DNA of 36,227 nucleotides from a virus (Duplodnaviria; Heunggongvirae; Uroviricota; Caudoviricetes): IMG/VR virus record IMGVR_UViG_638341087_000024; one strand, 5' to 3'. Shown piece by piece: positions 33,164 to 36,227 of this stretch (position 1 is its first letter; each line of letters starts with the position of its first letter). The notes under the pieces were generated by a model. It saw only the letters and a program-made list of their open reading frames with translations, ran no database searches and was not told where the DNA came from. The position numbers and the translations under genes were made by a program.

Positions 33164-33320
33164 AGCTTCAGCCCCTTGTATCCGTTAAATGATTCGGCAA
33201 CAATCATCACCCACCACGCGCGTAATCTCACCCCTGCGCCATTCTCCCGCCACGGCGACAACAAAAAGCAGTAACCCCCTCCGCACGCACATGCGACCAT
33301 GCCACACAGGGAGGGAGCAG

Positions 33321-34418
33321 ATGACCGACACCACCATGCAATTGCTCAGTCAGGGCACAGACCCCGTGAAAATGCCGGATTTTGATATTCTCGCGGAGGG
33401 TAAAACGCTGTCAGGCGTGGCAGAGCGCCTGATGAGCCTGTCACTGACCGACAACCGGGGATTTGAGGCGGACCAGCTCACCATCACGCTGGATGATGCG
33501 GATGGTCAGTTGCAGCTACCGCCACGGGGCGCGCGCCTGACGGTTCTCATTGGCTGGAAAGGAGAACCGCTGACAGAAAAAGGCACTTACATTGTTGATG
33601 AAATCGCTCACGAAGGACCGCCGGACAGGCTGACTGTTTCAGCCAGAAGCGCAGATTTTCGGGATGAATTTAACGTTAAACGTGAGGTGTCCTGGCATGA
33701 TGTGACCGTTGAGCGTGTGGTATCCGCCATCGCTCATCGGTACGGTCTGAAACCGCAAATCAGCGAAATGCTGATGGATATCGAAATCGACCACGCCGAC
33801 CAGACCGAAGAAAGCGACATGTCCTTCCTTACGCGCATGGCGGAAATGTTGGGCGCAATCACCACGGTAAAAAGCGGTAATCTGTTATTCATCATGCCAG
33901 GCGGTGGCGTGAACGCACAGGGCCAGCCGTTGCCCTCGTTCGCCATCACGCGCAGCAGTGGCGATCGCCATCAGTTCCGCATTGCTGACCGCGAAGCGTA
34001 TACGGGGGTACGCGCTTACTGGCTTGATCTTAATTACGGGAAAAAGAAAAAAGTCAGCGTGAAACGCCGCAAACCGAAAAAGGAGAAAAGCAGCAGTCGG
34101 GAAGGCGATTATATGGAAGGTGCGGAAGGCAACGTGTTTGTGTTACGCAAGACTTATCAGAACGAGCAGGCAGCAAGACGTGCAGCAGCGGCAAAGTGGC
34201 AGCAGCTACAACGCGGAGCCGCATCATTCTCCATCACGCTGGCGCGTGGACGCGCAGAACTCTACCCCGAAATGCATGGCACGGTAACAGGATTTAAAAG
34301 CGAGATTGATAATCAGGACTGGATTATTGCAAAAGCCGAGCACACCATTGATAACAGCGGCTTTACCACACAGCTTGAGCTTGAAGCAAAAATCCCGGAA
34401 TGGATAGCAGAAACATAG
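33321..34418 (+). CDS. D: Tail protein D (phage late control gene D family)
   Basis: About 365 aa from ATG 33321 (GGAGGGAG upstream); large tail/baseplate hub-type protein adjacent to ogr as in P2. Confidence 0.8.
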   Translation: MTDTTMQLLSQGTDPVKMPDFDILAEGKTLSGVAERLMSLSLTDNRGFEADQLTITLDDADGQLQLPPRGARLTVLIGWKGEPLTEKGTYIVDEIAHEGPPDRLTVSARSADFRDEFNVKREVSWHDVTVERVVSAIAHRYGLKPQISEMLMDIEIDHADQTEESDMSFLTRMAEMLGAITTVKSGNLLFIMPGGGVNAQGQPLPSFAITRSSGDRHQFRIADREAYTGVRAYWLDLNYGKKKKVSVKRRKPKKEKSSSREGDYMEGAEGNVFVLRKTYQNEQAARRAAAAKWQQLQRGAASFSITLARGRAELYPEMHGTVTGFKSEIDNQDWIIAKAEHTIDNSGFTTQLELEAKIPEWIAET

Positions 34419-34588
34419 TGAGTAATTTAGACGTATTGACCCAGACTCAAGCTGGCACACTTATCTCCAGATTTTAATCTAACAATTGGCTCTATGCTAA
34501 ATAGTGAGTTGTTAGCTAGTAGCATATTCTTCTTGGCTCATTTAAATAGTGCTTATGCACATTGAAGAATTAATGGTTAAAAATGAAA

Positions 34589-34620
34589 CAGCCTCATACA
34601 GAGGCTGTGATTTTGTATAA
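34589..34620. terminator. Bidirectional intrinsic terminator between D and the convergent accessory gene
   Basis: CAGCCTC-ATACA-GAGGCTG hairpin, T-rich on both sides (TGATTTTGT on +, TTTCATTTTT on -). Confidence 0.6.
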
Positions 34621-34634
34621 TTGGAGCACAGGGA

Positions 34635-35459
34635 TTATTCTTGTTGAAAATGAAGAGAACACTCTATAGGTGATTCTTCATTAAACTGTTCAAATAGCTC
34701 AATCATACGATAACGGCTAATTCCCACTATTGTTCCATCTTTTTTAAAAGACAAACCAATTCCAGCCAAAAGAAATGTTGACTCCAGTTCTTTTTTTAAT
34801 TCTTGCCCCTTGGAGAAAAAATACATTGCACCACCACTCATTCCCTCTGGAGAAGGGCCTTTACTTACCTGTCCTTTATATTTTAAATCTATATTCTTAA
34901 CCTTGTATGTTCCTGTTATTTCAATTTTATTGAATGTTTTAACCTCGGATATTATAGTGAAATACTTGGCATTTTTAAAAAACAGGCCATCTTCGTTAGA
35001 AGCTACCGTTTGATTTACTATTGAACTAGGGCGTTTTGTTCTGTGAATTGTTTGTGTTTTGCACCAGTTTTTAGGGAAGCCTGTCCATGCAAAATGTTTC
35101 TTATCAAATCCAATAAAATTGAAATTATCTTTAAGCGAGAAATAATTTTTCCCATCAAGTATCATATTAAAGCAATCGACAATGACTAAATCATCTTCTT
35201 CAAAAATTCGATGTCCTATAGAGATACTAGTCAAAGCAAAAAATTCACCATCAGAACCCAGTATGTAAATATTTCTGATGTCATCTTTATCCCTCAGAGC
35301 ATGAGCAGCAAAAACCACATAGTGTGATTGCTTGTAATATATAAACGTTCCAGTCGATGAATAATTATAATCGCCTAGTTCATTTCGTATGTAGAGCGGA
35401 ATAACAAATTTTTGTGATTGTCTATCATAACTATCAGATTGATATTTAAAGTCAGTCAT
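34635..35459 (-). CDS. AT-rich accessory gene encoding a trypsin/DegP-like (S1-fold) serine-protease-like protein
   Basis: 274 aa; candidate catalytic triad in canonical order: His in VVFAAHAL, Asp in EEDDLVIVD, Ser in GMSGGAMYF (GxSGG). Strongly AT-rich compared with flanking D and ogr. Confidence 0.55.
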   Translation of the reverse strand: MTDFKYQSDSYDRQSQKFVIPLYIRNELGDYNYSSTGTFIYYKQSHYVVFAAHALRDKDDIRNIYILGSDGEFFALTSISIGHRIFEEDDLVIVDCFNMILDGKNYFSLKDNFNFIGFDKKHFAWTGFPKNWCKTQTIHRTKRPSSIVNQTVASNEDGLFFKNAKYFTIISEVKTFNKIEITGTYKVKNIDLKYKGQVSKGPSPEGMSGGAMYFFSKGQELKKELESTFLLAGIGLSFKKDGTIVGISRYRMIELFEQFNEESPIECSLHFQQE

Positions 35460-35635
35460 TTTTTATCCATTTCCAGATGAAAGAATAATTTCTGCTTGTT
35501 TTAATTGATAACCACAGTTTCTACCGTGCACTAATACATAGATATGCATCATAACATCGTTCAAAACAGGCTGTTAGTTGGAATCTCAACTTATACAACT
35601 TAGAATAGCGGCAGCACCACGTTAGGGAGGTCGCT

Positions 35636-35896
35636 ATGTTCCGTTGTCCGCTTTGTGGCGCATCTGCCCGCATCCGCACCAGTCGTCCGGAAAATGATTC
35701 AAACACTGTGCGGCAAAAGTATTACCAGTGTAACAACCTGGAATGCGGCGTATGCTTCTCAACACTGGAAGCTTTCCATAAATTCACATCGAAACACGCC
35801 TCCGGCGTTCACTCTTCAGAAGGTATCCCGTGGCATGAGCTGCCAGCTTCACACAGGGGAAACAATCAGATGAGTTTGCCTTTACCTCAGAATTAA
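35636..35896 (+). CDS. ogr: Late gene transcriptional activator, Ogr/Delta zinc-finger family
   Basis: MFRCPLCGASARIRTSR...YYQCNNLECGVCF: Cys4 zinc-finger arrangement and N-terminus as in P2 Ogr; GGGAGG Shine-Dalgarno upstream. Confidence 0.85.
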   Translation: MFRCPLCGASARIRTSRPENDSNTVRQKYYQCNNLECGVCFSTLEAFHKFTSKHASGVHSSEGIPWHELPASHRGNNQMSLPLPQN

Positions 35897-35956
35897 CAGG
35901 CAGAATTGCCGGAGTAACAAAAAAGCGATAGATTACGCGCGGGTGCCTTTCGGCTG

Positions 35957-36220
35957 ATGGTCGGAGGGAATACCCGAAGGCCAGATGTGGAAAGGCCCCG
36001 GAAAACATACCTGTTTAACCGAGGCCCTAACCGCATTACCTTGACAAGTGAAAGGTTAGCGCCTCTCCAGAAAAGGAGCAAGTGCTATGTCGCAAAAATC
36101 GCTTACGGCCATCACGTTCTGCGTGACGGCAATCCTCATCATCTGGATGCTGCACGGTTCACTGTGCGAAATACGGATGAGCTTCTGGGGAGCGGAGTTT
36201 GCGGCGTTCTTACAGTGTAA
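35957..36220 (+). CDS. Possible mok-like overlapping reading frame of the hok locus (tentative)
   Basis: 87-aa ORF overlapping the hok-like gene in another frame, as in hok/mok/sok loci. No independent sequence support. Confidence 0.25.
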   Translation: MVGGNTRRPDVERPRKTYLFNRGPNRITLTSERLAPLQKRSKCYVAKIAYGHHVLRDGNPHHLDAARFTVRNTDELLGSGVCGVLTV

Positions 36221-36227
36221 GCAGTAA
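36087..36227 (+). CDS. hok: Hok/Gef-family type I toxin (small membrane protein)
   Basis: 46 aa MSQKSLTAITFCVTAILIIWMLHGSLCEIRMSFWGAEFAAFLQCKQ: N-terminal TM helix and the family motif SLCEIR...EVAAF-like. Stop codon is the last three bases of the window. Confidence 0.8.
   Translation: MSQKSLTAITFCVTAILIIWMLHGSLCEIRMSFWGAEFAAFLQCKQ

Larger units (their letters stand above)
1011..35896. mobile_element. P2-family prophage (integrase through ogr); true att boundaries not determined
   Basis: Syntenic run of recognisable P2/186 homologues in prophage order (int, C, cox-like, A, Q, P, O, N, M, L, X, lysis, R, S, V, W, J, I, H, G, FI, FII, E/E', T, U, D, ogr). No direct repeats or tRNA seen to fix attL/attR. 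Confidence 0.8.

Noticed and set aside
33164-33320. Ogr-dependent late promoter (TGT-N12-ACA) in the divergent FI/D intergenic region
   Set aside because: Manual scan found no exact TGT-N12-ACA element; an imperfect site may exist but cannot be supported by eye.
1-36227. CRISPR arrays, rRNA or tRNA genes (including a tRNA at either prophage end)
   Set aside because: No regularly spaced direct repeats with unique spacers and no cloverleaf-like or rRNA-like sequence recognised by eye; a dedicated tRNA or att search could still find an integration target outside or at the edges of this window.

Overview
The window is an essentially complete P2-family (Peduovirinae-like) temperate prophage of an enterobacterial host, in prophage gene order, with accessory cargo at the classical P2 moron positions. 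All calls come from reading the ORF translations and the DNA by eye; no database search, HMM or folding was run, so family assignments rest on remembered motifs. Backbone, left to right: tyrosine integrase (-), C-type immunity repressor (-) divergent from a Cox-like gene (+), a run of small early genes, rolling-circle replication initiator A (+), portal Q and large terminase P (-), then scaffold O, capsid N, small terminase M, head completion L, tail X, holin, M15-peptidase endolysin, overlapped spanins, R, S, V, W, J, I, tail fibre H and tail-fibre assembly G (+), and finally D and ogr (+). Accessory content: (1) a ParM/ParR actin-type partition cassette with two palindromic boxes just downstream of A; (2) an AT-rich, translationally coupled two-gene cassette on the minus strand, an ABC/AAA_15-21-type ATPase plus a small TOPRIM-like protein, at the P2 tin/old position next to cos; this is the best candidate for an undescribed anti-phage system, possibly a split OLD-like or PARIS-like nuclease; (3) a Mu G-segment-like invertible tail-fibre cassette with a Hin/Gin-family invertase and identifiable crossover sites; (4) an AT-rich single gene between D and ogr encoding a trypsin/DegP-like serine-protease-fold protein; (5) a Hok-family type I toxin at the right edge. 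The sheath-tube-chaperone-tape measure-U block is on the opposite strand to the canonical P2 arrangement. No rRNA, tRNA or CRISPR array was seen, and att sites could not be located.
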